The notes under the pieces: model-generated
Told to the model about the DNA's origin: nothing
The model's database searches: none
What the model saw: only the letters and a program-made list of their open reading frames with translations
Origin: Candidatus Wolfebacteria bacterium
Lineage (GTDB): Bacteria; Patescibacteriota; Minisyncoccia; UBA6257; UBA9933
Assembly (NCBI GenBank): GCA_016214005.1
Contig: JACRPK010000001.1
Span: 23,823 to 87,822 of the forward strand
Direction: 5' to 3'
DNA: 64,000 nucleotides
Made by a program: the position numbers and the translations under genes
Shown: piece by piece, positions 1 through 10,796 of the stretch
Layout of the letters: each line of letters starts with the position of its first letter
How positions within the stretch are numbered: the first letter of the stretch is position 1

Positions 1-1
1 A

Positions 2-208
2 GAAGGCGATAAATTACGAAAAGAATTTAATATACCTTTGGCTAAAAAAAAGGACTGGGATAAGAGTCAGGCTGGGATTGCTATAAATATCGCAAAAGAA
101 TTTGAAAATAAGCTTAATGGTTTTCCGGAGGATGCAAGAGGGGAAATAAAAAAACAATATCAGTTTTTTGATGATTCAATTAAGGCTGCGCAAAGAAGAG
201 CCTCTTAA
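2..208 (+). CDS. 3' end of an upstream gene (partial, unknown function)
   Basis: Open frame from window edge to TAA at 206-208 (…KEFENKLNGFPEDARGEIKKQYQFFDDSIKAAQRRAS*); not in ORF track because 5' partial; no family recognised. Confidence 0.3.
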   Translation, partial: EGDKLRKEFNIPLAKKKDWDKSQAGIAINIAKEFENKLNGFPEDARGEIKKQYQFFDDSIKAAQRRAS

Positions 209-212
209 TTTT

Positions 213-1286
213 ATGACAGCATTTTTAAAATCCTTAAATTGGAAATTAAATTTTGCTGTTTTGTTTTTGGGATTTGTCGGGATGATAAGCATTTTAAGCG
301 TTAAGCCAAACCTATTTCCAAGGCAGCTTCTTTTTTTTGGCATTGGATTTTTTTTGGCTTTTTCAATAGCCAAATTTGATTGGCGGCCGTTTGCCAATTA
401 TAAGGGAGTCATTTGGGGAATTTATTTTTTAATGATTTTGATTTTATTGTTTACTTATTTTTTCGCGCCTGTTGTTCGCGGAGCAAGAGCTTGGCTTCCT
501 ATTGGTCCATTCCAATTTCAAATGTCGGAATTTGCAAAAATAGTTTTGATTTTTGTCTTGGCGAATTTTTTTCAAAAAAAACACATTAAGATAGCGAGCC
601 TTTCAAATTTATTCGCGTCTTTTATTTATTTTTTAATTCCGGCTGTTCTTATTGCCATTGAGCCGGATCTTGGTTCGGTTTTGATTTTGTTTTCAATTTG
701 GTTCGGTTTTCTTTTGGTTTCAGAAATCCGCTGGAAACATTTGGCCGCGGCATTTTTTATTTTTTTGACGATTGGAGGATTGATGTGGATGGGAGTTTTG
801 AAAGATTATCAAAAAGAAAGAATCTTGGGGGTTTTTATGCCGGAGCGCGATAATTTGGGAATAAATTATAATGTGGTTCAATCAAAAATTGCCATTGGCT
901 CGGGTGGATTTTTCGGCAAGGGATTCAGGCAGGGAACGCAAGTTCAGCTTGGTTTTTTGCCGGAAGCCCATACGGATTTTATTTTAGCTTCAATTATTGA
1001 AGAATTCGGGCTTATCGCCGGATTTTTAACCATAACGGCTTTTTTTATTTTAGTCTTTGAAATTATTAAAATCGGTTTAAGCTGCGGAAATAATTTTAAC
1101 AGATTTATTTGTTTGGGAATCGTTATTTTTTTCAGCGTTCAATTTGTCGTTAATGCTGGTTCGGTTTTGGGCCTTTTGCCGGTTATCGGAGTCACTTTTC
1201 CGTTTGTAAGCTATGGCGGGTCAAGTTTGCTGGCAAATTTTATCGCCCTTGGTTTTGTCCAGTCAATCTCATCTAAAAATGGCTAA
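213..1286 (+). CDS. SEDS-family cell-cycle protein (FtsW/RodA)
   Basis: Polytopic membrane protein with hallmark SEDS C-terminal block GSGGFFGKGF…LPEAHTDFI…FPFVSYGGSSL. ATG at 213 preferred over track start 168 because 168 overlaps the upstream stop (206-208) by 40 nt. Confidence 0.8.
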   Translation: MTAFLKSLNWKLNFAVLFLGFVGMISILSVKPNLFPRQLLFFGIGFFLAFSIAKFDWRPFANYKGVIWGIYFLMILILLFTYFFAPVVRGARAWLPIGPFQFQMSEFAKIVLIFVLANFFQKKHIKIASLSNLFASFIYFLIPAVLIAIEPDLGSVLILFSIWFGFLLVSEIRWKHLAAAFFIFLTIGGLMWMGVLKDYQKERILGVFMPERDNLGINYNVVQSKIAIGSGGFFGKGFRQGTQVQLGFLPEAHTDFILASIIEEFGLIAGFLTITAFFILVFEIIKIGLSCGNNFNRFICLGIVIFFSVQFVVNAGSVLGLLPVIGVTFPFVSYGGSSLLANFIALGFVQSISSKNG

Positions 1287-2304
1287 TAATAAATATTTTA
1301 AATTAATTTTAATAATTTTTGTAATTATTGCTTTGGTAGCAGGAGTCAGTTTTTCTATTTTTTTAAAAAATTTATATTCTGATGCCAAAATTTCCAATTA
1401 TCCGATATTTTTTGAAATATCTTATGGCATGGGGTTAAATGAAATAACGGATATTTTGTATTCTTCTAAATTAATCCGTTCTAAAATAGTTTTTAAAATT
1501 TATGTTATGGTAATCGGAGCGGCCAACAAACTTCAGGCGGGAAGTTATGAAACAGAGACCCCTATTTCTATTCCAAATCTTGTTGATATTTTAAAAAGCG
1601 GACCGCAGGAAATTGAAGCAGTGATTTTTCCGGGAATGACATTAAAAGAAATTGACGACAGATTTTCCGAATTAAAAATTATTAAACAGGGGAGCTTGAT
1701 TTATTATCAGGGTTTTGATAAATTAAAAAATAAGTATCAATTTTTGGAAAGCGCGAAAAATCTTGAAGGCTATCTTTTTCCGGACACTTATCGGTTTTAT
1801 AAAAATTCCAACGCCGATTTCGTAATTGATAAAATTTTAAGTAATTTTAAAAGTAAAATAGATTCGCTGATTTTTCAAAATAGCGGCATTGATTTGAAGA
1901 AAATATTGATAATTGCCAGCATGTTGGAAAAAGAAGCGCCTGGTTATGAAGACAGAAGGCTTATTGCCGGCATTATGGAAAAAAGACTTAAAGTCGGCAT
2001 GCCGCTTCAAATTGATGCTAGTGTTATTTACGCAAAATGTTCAGGAAGGTTTATTGGCTGTCCAGCGCTTGAAGGTATTGACTTTAAATTTGACTCAGAA
2101 TACAATACTTACTATTATAAAAGATTAACGCCGACGCCAATCGGAAATCCTGATTTGGAAGCGATTAAGGCTTCAATAGAAAAAAAAGATTCCCGTTATT
2201 GGTATTATCTTTCCGATCCAAAAACAAAGAAAACAATTTTTTCAGTGGATTTAGATGAGCATAATAAAAATCGCGCCAAATATTTATTATTAAATAAAAA
2301 ATAA
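1279..2304 (+). CDS. mltG: endolytic murein transglycosylase MltG (YceG-like)
   Basis: N-terminal TM then YceG domain with signature GYLFPDTYRF; internal ATG 1279 (MANNKYF) chosen, 8-nt overlap with SEDS stop. Confidence 0.75.
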   Translation: MANNKYFKLILIIFVIIALVAGVSFSIFLKNLYSDAKISNYPIFFEISYGMGLNEITDILYSSKLIRSKIVFKIYVMVIGAANKLQAGSYETETPISIPNLVDILKSGPQEIEAVIFPGMTLKEIDDRFSELKIIKQGSLIYYQGFDKLKNKYQFLESAKNLEGYLFPDTYRFYKNSNADFVIDKILSNFKSKIDSLIFQNSGIDLKKILIIASMLEKEAPGYEDRRLIAGIMEKRLKVGMPLQIDASVIYAKCSGRFIGCPALEGIDFKFDSEYNTYYYKRLTPTPIGNPDLEAIKASIEKKDSRYWYYLSDPKTKKTIFSVDLDEHNKNRAKYLLLNKK

Positions 2305-2348
2305 AATACTTCTTTAAACTCTTTCGTTAAAAGGGATAAGGAAGTTTT

Positions 2349-5300
2349 TTGCGTTTTAAAATGAAAATCAATTCTAAAATTTTTTCTTCTCATCCGCAGC
2401 CATTTATTGAACAGCCGTTTTTAGCGGAAATCCAGCATAATTCATGGGAATGGTTTTTGGGAAAAGGTTTAAAAGAACTTTTTGCGGAAATTTCTCCGAT
2501 TAAAGATCCGTCTGGTAGAGAGTTGGAATTGCACTTTGTTGATTTTTATTTTGATGAGCCGAAATACGATGAAGAAACAGCATGGTCAAAAGACCTGACT
2601 TTTGAAGCGCCTCTTCGAGCAAAAGTAAAATTAGTAAATATCCGCACCAAACAAAAAACCGAACAAGAAATTTATATCGGAGATTTTCCGATGATGACTT
2701 CGCGCGGCACATTCATAATTAACGGCGTTGAGCGTGTTGTTGTCTCTCAATTAATCCGTTCTTCGGGCGTTTATTTTACGGCAGCTGGATATAGGGGCAG
2801 AAGCCTTTTCGGAGCCAAAGTGATTCCTGATCGCGGCAGCTGGCTGGAATTTGAAACCGATCCGGATGGATTTATTGGCGTAAAAATTGATCGCCATAGA
2901 AAAGCGGCGGCAACAGATTTATTAAAGGTTTTTGCCAATATGGCCGATAAAAAAGATTTTGAAAATAATGACAAAATTTTGAGTTTGTTTAAAGATATTG
3001 ATAGCGGCCAGATTAAATATATAGAAACAACTTTAAAGAAGAGCGGCACTAAAACTTTTAATGATTCTTATGCGGAAATTTATAAGAGATTAAGGCCGGG
3101 CGATTTGGCAACTTATGAAAATGCCAAAAATTTGATTGACGCCATGTTTGAAAGGGGAGATCGCTATAGCCTTTCAGAGCCGGGCAGGTTTAAATTTAAT
3201 TCTCGTCTTGATATAAAAGGCAATAAGTCAACCTTGCTTGGCTTGGAAGACATTATTTTAATAATCAAGGAAATTATCAGGCTCAATAATGATTCAATGG
3301 CTCAGCCGGATGATATAGATCATTTGGGAAATCGTCGTTTGCGCGCTATTGGCGAGCTTTTGCAAAGCCGTCTTCATGTCGGTTTTCAGAGAATGAGAAG
3401 GATTGCCTTGGATAGAATGTCAACATCAGAAGCCGAGATGATTACTCCGGCTCAAGTTATTAATTCTCGTCCGCTTATGGCGATTGTCAAAGAATTTTTC
3501 ATGACTTCGCAATTGTCGCAATTTATGAATCAAATTAATACCTTGGCTGAACTTGAACACAAACGCTTGCTTTCTTCAATGGGACCAGGAGGTCTTACAA
3601 GAGAACGCGCCGGTTTTGAAGTCCGCGATGTGCATATTTCTCACTATGGCAGAATTTGTCCGATTCAAACTCCGGAAGGAGCTAACATCGGTTTAATAAA
3701 TTATTTGGCGAATTACGCGAGAATTAACGAATTCGGATTTTTAGAAACTCCTTATGTTAAAGTTAAAAACGGAAAACTTACCGATGAAATCGTATGGTTT
3801 AATGCCACTGAAGAAGAAAAATATAAAATTGCTCAAGGTAGCAGTAAATTAGACGGCAAGAAAATTATTGATGATGCCATTGAAATTCGTTTTAAGGGAA
3901 AACCGGGCACTTGTTTAAAAGATGAAGTTGAATACATTGACGCGGCGCCAAATCAAATCGTGAGCGTTGCTTCGTCTCTAATTCCATTTTTAGAACATGA
4001 TGATGCAAACCGCGCGTTGATGGGTTCAAACATGCAACGCCAAGCTGTGCCGTCTATTGTTCCTTCGGCGCCATTGGTTTCAACCGGGGCTGAAGATAAA
4101 GCGGCTTATGATTCCGGCCGCGTGGTAATTTCTGAAACAGACGGTGAAGTCGTTGAACTTGATGCCGGAAAAATAGTTGTTGAAGACAAGGCTGGCAAAA
4201 AGAAAAATTATAATCTTTATAAATTCCGTCGCTCCAATTATTTCACATCTATTTCTCAAAAGCCTATTGTTGAAAAAGGCCAGAAGGTGAAGCGCGGAGA
4301 TGTTTTGGCCGACGGCGCTTCAACGGAAAACGGCGTTTTGGCTTTGGGACAAAATTTGCTAGTTGCCTTTACTTCTTGGGAAGGCGCAAACTTTGAAGAT
4401 GCCATTGTTCTTTCGGAACGCGTTGTAAAAAATGATTTATTCACTTCTATTCATATTGAAAATTTTTATTGCGATGTTAGGGATACAAAGCTTGGGCCCG
4501 AATTAACAAGTCCAGATATTCCGAATGTTTCCGAAGATAAATTAAAAAATCTTGATGAAGAGGGAATTATTAGAATCGGCGCCGAAGTTTCAGCTGGAGA
4601 TATTTTAGTCGGGAAAATTTCTCCAAAAGGAGAAGTTGAAATATCTTCTGAGGAAAAATTATTGCGCGCGATTTTCGGTGAAAAAGCAAGAGATATTAAA
4701 GATACTTCATTGGTAATGCCGCACGGAAAATCAGGTAGGATCGTCGGCATTAAAATTTTCTCGCGCGATCATGGAGATAAACTTGAACCTGGCGTGATTA
4801 AAAGAATTCAAGTTGAAGTGGCGCAGCTTAGAAAAGTGCGAGCAGGCGATAAATTGGCCGGTCGCCACGGCAACAAAGGCGTAATTTCTCAAATTAGACC
4901 AATGGAAGATATGCCCTATCTTGAAGACGGCACGCCAGTTGATATTGTTTTAAATCCGCTTGGTGTTGCCTCCAGAATGAATCTTGGTCAAATTTTAGAA
5001 ACTCATTTGGGTTTGGCCGCTAAAAAGCTTGGTTATCGCGCCATTACTCCGGTTTTCGTCGGCGCCAGTGAAGAAGATATTAAGTCCGAACTTAAAAAAG
5101 CCGGCTATTCTCAAGACGGAAAATTGCAAGTTTATGACGGAAGAACCGGCAATCCTTTGCCGTCGCCGATAACAGTTGGATATATTTATATGTTAAAACT
5201 TAACCATTTGGTTGAAGATAAAATTCACATGAGATCTATCGGCCCGTATTCATTAATTACCCAGCAGCCTCTTGGCGGAAAAGCTCAATTTGGAGGGCAG

Positions 5301-5561
5301 CGTTTCGGAGAAATGGAAGTCTGGGCTTTGGAGGGTTATGGCGCAGCGCATATTTTGCAGGAAGTTTTGACAATCAAATCAGATGATGTTTTGGGAAGGA
5401 CAGCGGCTTTTGAATCGATAATCAGGAACGAAAAAATAAAAAGTCCGAGCATTCCGTCAGCTTTCAATGTATTGCTTAATGAAATGAAAGCTTTGGGACT
5501 TGATGTTGAAACAAAAGGCGGCGAAGAGAAAAAAGAAATCAGAAGAAAATCAATAAAATAA
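2349..5561 (+). CDS. rpoB: DNA-directed RNA polymerase subunit beta
   Basis: 1070 aa; conserved RpoB blocks (…GDKLAGRHGNKGV…, …NMQRQAVP…, C-terminal GGQRFGEMEVWALEGYGAA). Confidence 0.95.
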   Translation: MRFKMKINSKIFSSHPQPFIEQPFLAEIQHNSWEWFLGKGLKELFAEISPIKDPSGRELELHFVDFYFDEPKYDEETAWSKDLTFEAPLRAKVKLVNIRTKQKTEQEIYIGDFPMMTSRGTFIINGVERVVVSQLIRSSGVYFTAAGYRGRSLFGAKVIPDRGSWLEFETDPDGFIGVKIDRHRKAAATDLLKVFANMADKKDFENNDKILSLFKDIDSGQIKYIETTLKKSGTKTFNDSYAEIYKRLRPGDLATYENAKNLIDAMFERGDRYSLSEPGRFKFNSRLDIKGNKSTLLGLEDIILIIKEIIRLNNDSMAQPDDIDHLGNRRLRAIGELLQSRLHVGFQRMRRIALDRMSTSEAEMITPAQVINSRPLMAIVKEFFMTSQLSQFMNQINTLAELEHKRLLSSMGPGGLTRERAGFEVRDVHISHYGRICPIQTPEGANIGLINYLANYARINEFGFLETPYVKVKNGKLTDEIVWFNATEEEKYKIAQGSSKLDGKKIIDDAIEIRFKGKPGTCLKDEVEYIDAAPNQIVSVASSLIPFLEHDDANRALMGSNMQRQAVPSIVPSAPLVSTGAEDKAAYDSGRVVISETDGEVVELDAGKIVVEDKAGKKKNYNLYKFRRSNYFTSISQKPIVEKGQKVKRGDVLADGASTENGVLALGQNLLVAFTSWEGANFEDAIVLSERVVKNDLFTSIHIENFYCDVRDTKLGPELTSPDIPNVSEDKLKNLDEEGIIRIGAEVSAGDILVGKISPKGEVEISSEEKLLRAIFGEKARDIKDTSLVMPHGKSGRIVGIKIFSRDHGDKLEPGVIKRIQVEVAQLRKVRAGDKLAGRHGNKGVISQIRPMEDMPYLEDGTPVDIVLNPLGVASRMNLGQILETHLGLAAKKLGYRAITPVFVGASEEDIKSELKKAGYSQDGKLQVYDGRTGNPLPSPITVGYIYMLKLNHLVEDKIHMRSIGPYSLITQQPLGGKAQFGGQRFGEMEVWALEGYGAAHILQEVLTIKSDDVLGRTAAFESIIRNEKIKSPSIPSAFNVLLNEMKALGLDVETKGGEEKKEIRRKSIK

Positions 5562-5566
5562 TCAAT

Positions 5567-8500
5567 ATGAATTTCAAATCTTTAAAAATCCAATTGGCTT
5601 CTCCTGAAAAAATTCTTTCCTGGTCTTACGGGGAAGTATTGAAGCCGGAAACCATAAATTATAGGACTCAGCGTCCAGAAAAAGACGGATTATTTTCCGA
5701 GCGGATTTTCGGTCCGACCAAAGATTTTGAATGTTATTGCGGAAAATATAAAAGGATTCGTTATAAAGGTTTAAAGTGTGATAAGTGCGGAGTGGAAGTG
5801 ACGAAGTCTTCAGTTCGTCGCGAGAGAATGGGGCACATTAATTTGGCGTCTCCGGTTGTTCATATTTGGTTTTTAAGGAGCATTCCTTCAAGAATTGGGC
5901 TTTTTATTAATGCGCCTATTCAAAAACTCACTAAGGTTATTTATTATGCCGCGTATATTGTTACTTTTGTCAATGAAGAAAAGAAAAAAGAATATTTTGA
6001 AGAGATCGACAAAGAATTCAAGTCAAAAAAGAAAGCCATTGAAAAAGGAAAATTAAAAGATTTGGAAGAAGCGACCATTATTGCTAAGGAAAATTTGAAA
6101 GCTTTGGAAGTTGGGAAAATTTTGACTGAAACTGAATATAATTTATTGGTAAGGAAATTTGCCGGAGTTTTTAAAGCCTCAAACGGGGCGGAGGCTATAA
6201 GGAATATTTTGGCGGCAATTGATCTTGAAAAAGAAGCCGAAAGAGTTGAGAAAGAAGCTAAAAATGTCAAAGATGCGGGAAAATCGCGCAAGCTTCTTTA
6301 TAAATTAAAAGTCATTAAATCTTTTATTAAAAATAAAATGAGACCGGAGTGGATGATTATGACCGTTTTACCGGTTTTACCTCCTGATTTGCGTCCAATG
6401 GTGCCTTTAGATGGAGGCCGTTATGCTACTTCTGATTTGAACGATTTATATAGAAGGGTTATTAATAGAAATGATCGTTTGAAAAAACTTTTAGAAATAA
6501 AAGCTCCGGAAATAATTGTTACCAATGAAAAAAGAATGCTCCAGGAGGCAGTTGACGCTTTAATTGACAATTCATCGCGCCTGGGAAGCCAACAGCAGCT
6601 TTCGGCTTCGCGTCGTCCGCTTAAATCTTTGGCAGATATTTTAAAGGGGAAAGAAGGAAGATTCCGTCAGAATTTACTTGGAAAACGCGTTGATTATTCC
6701 GGCCGTTCGGTTATTGTTGTCGGTCCTGATTTGAAACTTAACGAATGCGGTTTGCCGAAAAAAATGGCTTTGGAATTATTTAAACCGTTTGTTTCCAGCA
6801 AAATTATTGAAAGGGGAATGGCTCATAATATTAGAAACGCCAATCGCTTGATAGAAGCGGCAACTCCGGAAATCTGGGAAATTTTAGAAGAAGTTATTAA
6901 AGATAAAAAAGTTTTACTTAACCGCGCTCCGACTCTTCATCGTTTGGGTATACAGGCTTTTAAGCCAGTTTTGATTGAAGATTTGGCGATTAGAATACCG
7001 CCGATGGTCTGTAGCGCTTTTAACGCCGATTTCGATGGTGATCAAATGGCGGTTCATTTGCCGCTTTCCGAAGAGGCTCAAAAAGAAGCAACTGAAAAAA
7101 TGCTTGCTTCGGGAAATATTTTAAAGCCTTCAACCGGTGATCCGATTGCCCAGCCGACTCAAGACGTCGTTTTGGGATGTTATTATCTGACAAAAATCAA
7201 GCCAATAGGCGCTCAAAATATTAAAATTTTTTCGTCTCAAGAAGAGGCGTTGATGGCGTTTCATTTTGAAATAATAGAAATCAATGAATTGATTAAAGTT
7301 TGTTTGCCGGAAATGGGAATTGTTGAAACTAGCGCCGGCAGATTAATTTTTAACGGCGTTTTACCGAAAGATTTCGGTTTTATTAATAAACAGATGAATA
7401 AAAAAGAGCTTGGCAAACTTTTGTCAGCTCTTATTGATAAATATGGCGTTAAAAATATTTGGATGATTTTGGACGAAATCAAGCTTTTGGGCAATAAATA
7501 CGCGACTATCAGCGGAGTAAGCTGGGGCATGGATGATTTAACTGTTCCGCAGGAAAAGAAAAAAATTGTTGAAGCCGCGGAAAAAGAAGAAAAAATCATC
7601 AAAGAACAATACGAAGAAGGCCTTTTGACTGATTCCGAACGCCATTCGCGGGCAACGGCGATTTGGGATAAAACAAAAGAAGAAGTGGCAAAAGTTGTTC
7701 CTAAAACTCTTGATCCGCTTAGCTCGGTTTTTACAATTATTGATTCCGGCAGCCGCGGAAGCTGGTCTCAGCCTATTCAAATGATGGGCATGAAAGGTTT
7801 GGTTCAGAATCCGCAAGGTGAAACCATAGAACTCCCAATTAAATCTTCATATAAAGAAGGGCTTAGCGTTTTGGAATTTTTCATCAACACCCACGGCGCC
7901 AGAAAAGGCTTAACTGATACGGCTCTTAAAACCGCCCAAGCCGGATATCTTACGAGGCGCTTAGTTGATGTTTCTCAAGATTTAGTAATAAGAGAAAACG
8001 ATTGTAAAACTACCAAAGGCATAACGATGTTTAGAAGCGATAGCGACGAATATGGAGTTCCTTTTAGTCAAAGGATTTTCGGCAGAACGGCTTTAAGCGA
8101 TATTAAATCAGGAAATAAAATTTTTGTTGAAGCCGGAGAAATTATCGGCCGCAATAAAGCTGAAGAAATAGAAAAAGCAAAAATTGAGAGCATCGAAGCA
8201 AGATCGCCGATGACTTGTAAATCAACAAACGGCATTTGTTCAAAATGTTATGGTTTTGATTTGTCAAAAATTCAGCCTATTGAATTGGGAGAGGCGGTTG
8301 GCGTTATAGCGGCTCAATCAATCGGCGAGCCTGGCACTCAGCTTACTTTGAGGACATTCCATACCGGCGGCGTGGCGGGCGTTGATATTACCCATGGTCT
8401 TCAAAGAATTCAAGAGCTTTTTGAAGTCCGCGTGCCGAAAGGCAAGGCGGCTTTGGCTGAAAACGATGGATCCATAGAAGAAATTGAAGATAATAAATCA

Positions 8501-9139
8501 ATTAAAATTATAAAACTTAAGACATTAAAATCTTCGGCAAAAGGCGCGAAGAGTAAAATTATTGAATATCCGGTTCCCAAGGGCGCTATGATTTTTGTTA
8601 AATCAGATGATAAAATTTTAAAAGGCGATCAGCTTTGCGAGGGAAGCATTGATCTCCATGAATTATTTGATTTGAAAGGGAAAGAGGCCGTTGAGCGATA
8701 TTTAATAAATGAGATTCAGAAAATTTACGCCTCAGAAGGAAGCGCTATTAATGATAAGCATATTGAGATGATCGTTAGACAAATGTTTTCAAGATTGATG
8801 GTAACGGAAGCAGGGGCTACAAATTTTGTTCCAGGTGAAGTTGTTGAAAAATCAGACTTTTTGGAAAACAATCGTTTAATGAAGGGAAATGGGAAACAAC
8901 CGGCTGTTGCTAAACAACTTTTGATGGGTATTACAAGAATTTCACTGAGCACAAAGAGTTTCTTATCAGCTGTGTCTTTTCAGGAAACAGCCAGAGTGTT
9001 AGTTGGCGCCGCGGTTGAAGGCAAAGAAGACGCCTTAAAAGGTTTGAAAGAAAACGTTATTATTGGAAGACTTATTCCAGCGGGTACGGGACTTAATGCC
9101 AAAGATGAAGCGCTTAAAGAGCCGACGTCTGAAATTTAA
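5567..9139 (+). CDS. rpoC: DNA-directed RNA polymerase subunit beta'
   Basis: 1190 aa; Zn-finger CYCGKYKRIRYKGLKCDKCGVEV, catalytic NADFDGDQMAVH motif, immediately downstream of rpoB. Confidence 0.95.
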   Translation: MNFKSLKIQLASPEKILSWSYGEVLKPETINYRTQRPEKDGLFSERIFGPTKDFECYCGKYKRIRYKGLKCDKCGVEVTKSSVRRERMGHINLASPVVHIWFLRSIPSRIGLFINAPIQKLTKVIYYAAYIVTFVNEEKKKEYFEEIDKEFKSKKKAIEKGKLKDLEEATIIAKENLKALEVGKILTETEYNLLVRKFAGVFKASNGAEAIRNILAAIDLEKEAERVEKEAKNVKDAGKSRKLLYKLKVIKSFIKNKMRPEWMIMTVLPVLPPDLRPMVPLDGGRYATSDLNDLYRRVINRNDRLKKLLEIKAPEIIVTNEKRMLQEAVDALIDNSSRLGSQQQLSASRRPLKSLADILKGKEGRFRQNLLGKRVDYSGRSVIVVGPDLKLNECGLPKKMALELFKPFVSSKIIERGMAHNIRNANRLIEAATPEIWEILEEVIKDKKVLLNRAPTLHRLGIQAFKPVLIEDLAIRIPPMVCSAFNADFDGDQMAVHLPLSEEAQKEATEKMLASGNILKPSTGDPIAQPTQDVVLGCYYLTKIKPIGAQNIKIFSSQEEALMAFHFEIIEINELIKVCLPEMGIVETSAGRLIFNGVLPKDFGFINKQMNKKELGKLLSALIDKYGVKNIWMILDEIKLLGNKYATISGVSWGMDDLTVPQEKKKIVEAAEKEEKIIKEQYEEGLLTDSERHSRATAIWDKTKEEVAKVVPKTLDPLSSVFTIIDSGSRGSWSQPIQMMGMKGLVQNPQGETIELPIKSSYKEGLSVLEFFINTHGARKGLTDTALKTAQAGYLTRRLVDVSQDLVIRENDCKTTKGITMFRSDSDEYGVPFSQRIFGRTALSDIKSGNKIFVEAGEIIGRNKAEEIEKAKIESIEARSPMTCKSTNGICSKCYGFDLSKIQPIELGEAVGVIAAQSIGEPGTQLTLRTFHTGGVAGVDITHGLQRIQELFEVRVPKGKAALAENDGSIEEIEDNKSIKIIKLKTLKSSAKGAKSKIIEYPVPKGAMIFVKSDDKILKGDQLCEGSIDLHELFDLKGKEAVERYLINEIQKIYASEGSAINDKHIEMIVRQMFSRLMVTEAGATNFVPGEVVEKSDFLENNRLMKGNGKQPAVAKQLLMGITRISLSTKSFLSAVSFQETARVLVGAAVEGKEDALKGLKENVIIGRLIPAGTGLNAKDEALKEPTSEI

Positions 9140-9145
9140 TTTGTA

Positions 9146-10714
9146 TTAATTATTTTTTTTGAAATTCCATTTTGGCGTCACCCAAAATCCCAATCTAAAT
9201 TTTCCTCCAAGCGCTAGGCGCGTTTGAGCGTCTATTGCCGGAAAAGCTCCAAAAATAATCATCGTTGCCAAAAGCAATGGCCATTGGAGAATCATCATCA
9301 AATATCTGTGTTTACCGTATTCAATTGGTTTGGGCGGCAAGATGATCATTGTTAAATAAGCCGAAGTAACGATGCCTATTGTTGATAGCGTCATCAGCCA
9401 TCTTGTCACTTGCGGCAAATTGTATGCCAAAAGAGTTTGTCTGAAAATTTCTCCTCCGATAATAATCGGCAGCCAGCCAAGCATAAAAATTATTAAAGCG
9501 TTTGTTGCCCAAGACCAAAATCCTTCAATATAAATAAAAGCAAGATTTAATTTTTTTAAAAAATTGATCTTTTTATTTTTATAAAATCCGAATAAAACAT
9601 AGGGGATATTTTCGCATCCCCATGCCCAACGCCTTTGCTGCTTATAAATGTTTTTCATTGTTTGCCAAAAAGTCGGCGCCACATTAGCGTCCATTTTTAC
9701 CGGAAAATGAAGCGGGATAACTCCATAATTGCCGTTATGTCTTAAAAGCAGTTGCCAAAAAATTCTGGAATCTTCGCTCACCATATTGGTCTGCCAAAAA
9801 TCTGTTTTGTTTAAAGCTTCAAATGGGATTGAATGAGATGAAAAAGTTGTAAGTCTTTCCTGGCGTTCTTGCTGTAAGGTGTGCCAAAAAGTGGCTGAAA
9901 AAGCCACGATACGCGCTAAAGCCGGCGCTTCCCAGATATTGTTAATGTAAAACGGCACCGGTTGATAGCTAAAATTTTGAGGGTTTTCGGTTGTTAAATA
10001 AACATAAGTTAATCTTGCGAAATAATCGCGGTAGACAACCGTGTCAATGTCAAAAGCGGAAACGATAATTTTATCGTAAGGAATTTGAAAAACATCGATG
10101 ATTTCTTCTTTTGCTTTTTTTGCAGCCCATGTAATATTTGATCCTTTTCCGGAAATTTCTCCGGGAATATTTTGCGGATGGAAAGTTATTAAAAATTTAA
10201 AAAATTCGTTTTCGTATTCTTTTTTTATTTTTTCGGCGATTATTTTCGCTTTTTCTCCGGCTTTTTCTTCGGCTGCCAAAACAATAATCATTCTGTTCTT
10301 TCTGTAGTTTGAATTTTTAAGACTTTCTATGGAGGATTTTATTGTTTCTTCTGATTCATTATAAAAAGGAAGTAATATTAAATGGTAAATATTTTTCCAA
10401 TCAGCCTGTGGTCCGCAGTCCGTAGCTTGCAGCTTGTTGAACCAATCAATTTTTAAATTTTTTTGTAATTTTTTAAATGCTGAACGCAAATGCAGGGCAA
10501 GATAAATTGTTTTTAAGAGCCAATAAACGTCAAAAATAATTATAAAAATTGCGGCAAAAGTCGGCGCAAACCAAGAAATAAAAACTACGCCCCCAAGCGT
10601 TAACAATGATAAAAATCCCGGGAATATTTCAAAAATTCTGTAAAGCAATCGCTCTTTTTTGTTATCTAAATCATCAGCTTCGGCTGTTTTTAAATAGTAA
10701 TATTCTGATTCCAT
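9146..10714 (-). CDS. family 2 glycosyltransferase, processive cellulose-synthase-like (membrane)
   Basis: ORF track labels this + but the ATG is the reverse complement of 10712-10714 and QQRRWAWG is encoded by revcomp of ~9631-9656. N- and C-terminal TM bundles, D,D,D(xD) region (AFDIDTV) and Q(Q/R)xRW motif. Confidence 0.7.
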   Translation of the reverse strand: MESEYYYLKTAEADDLDNKKERLLYRIFEIFPGFLSLLTLGGVVFISWFAPTFAAIFIIIFDVYWLLKTIYLALHLRSAFKKLQKNLKIDWFNKLQATDCGPQADWKNIYHLILLPFYNESEETIKSSIESLKNSNYRKNRMIIVLAAEEKAGEKAKIIAEKIKKEYENEFFKFLITFHPQNIPGEISGKGSNITWAAKKAKEEIIDVFQIPYDKIIVSAFDIDTVVYRDYFARLTYVYLTTENPQNFSYQPVPFYINNIWEAPALARIVAFSATFWHTLQQERQERLTTFSSHSIPFEALNKTDFWQTNMVSEDSRIFWQLLLRHNGNYGVIPLHFPVKMDANVAPTFWQTMKNIYKQQRRWAWGCENIPYVLFGFYKNKKINFLKKLNLAFIYIEGFWSWATNALIIFMLGWLPIIIGGEIFRQTLLAYNLPQVTRWLMTLSTIGIVTSAYLTMIILPPKPIEYGKHRYLMMILQWPLLLATMIIFGAFPAIDAQTRLALGGKFRLGFWVTPKWNFKKNN

Positions 10715-10796
10715 AAATAATTGTATGTTTTGATTTATAGATTGAATTTTAATCTGTCCAATCCAAAAAAGCTATTCCTTCATTTTGTTTTTTTGA

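Noticed and set aside
168-212. 5' extension of SEDS gene (track start 168) and 5' extensions 1213 (mltG), 20003 (toxin), 21311, 22301, 23172 (array genes), 48765, 50718, 51562, 53046, 54876
   Set aside because: Extensions overlap upstream genes or precede conserved N-termini; internal ATGs matching family N-termini were chosen.
2500-8952. Short antisense ORFs inside rpoB/rpoC (e.g. 2771-3049-, 4466-4750-, 5944-6291-, 7261-7602-, 7538-7816-, 8725-8952-)
   Set aside because: Embedded in strongly conserved essential genes on the opposite strand; low-complexity translations.
9146-10714. Track annotation of this ORF as plus-strand
   Set aside because: Plus strand has no ATG at 9146; the peptide is reproduced only from the reverse complement. 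Called as minus-strand GT2 instead.
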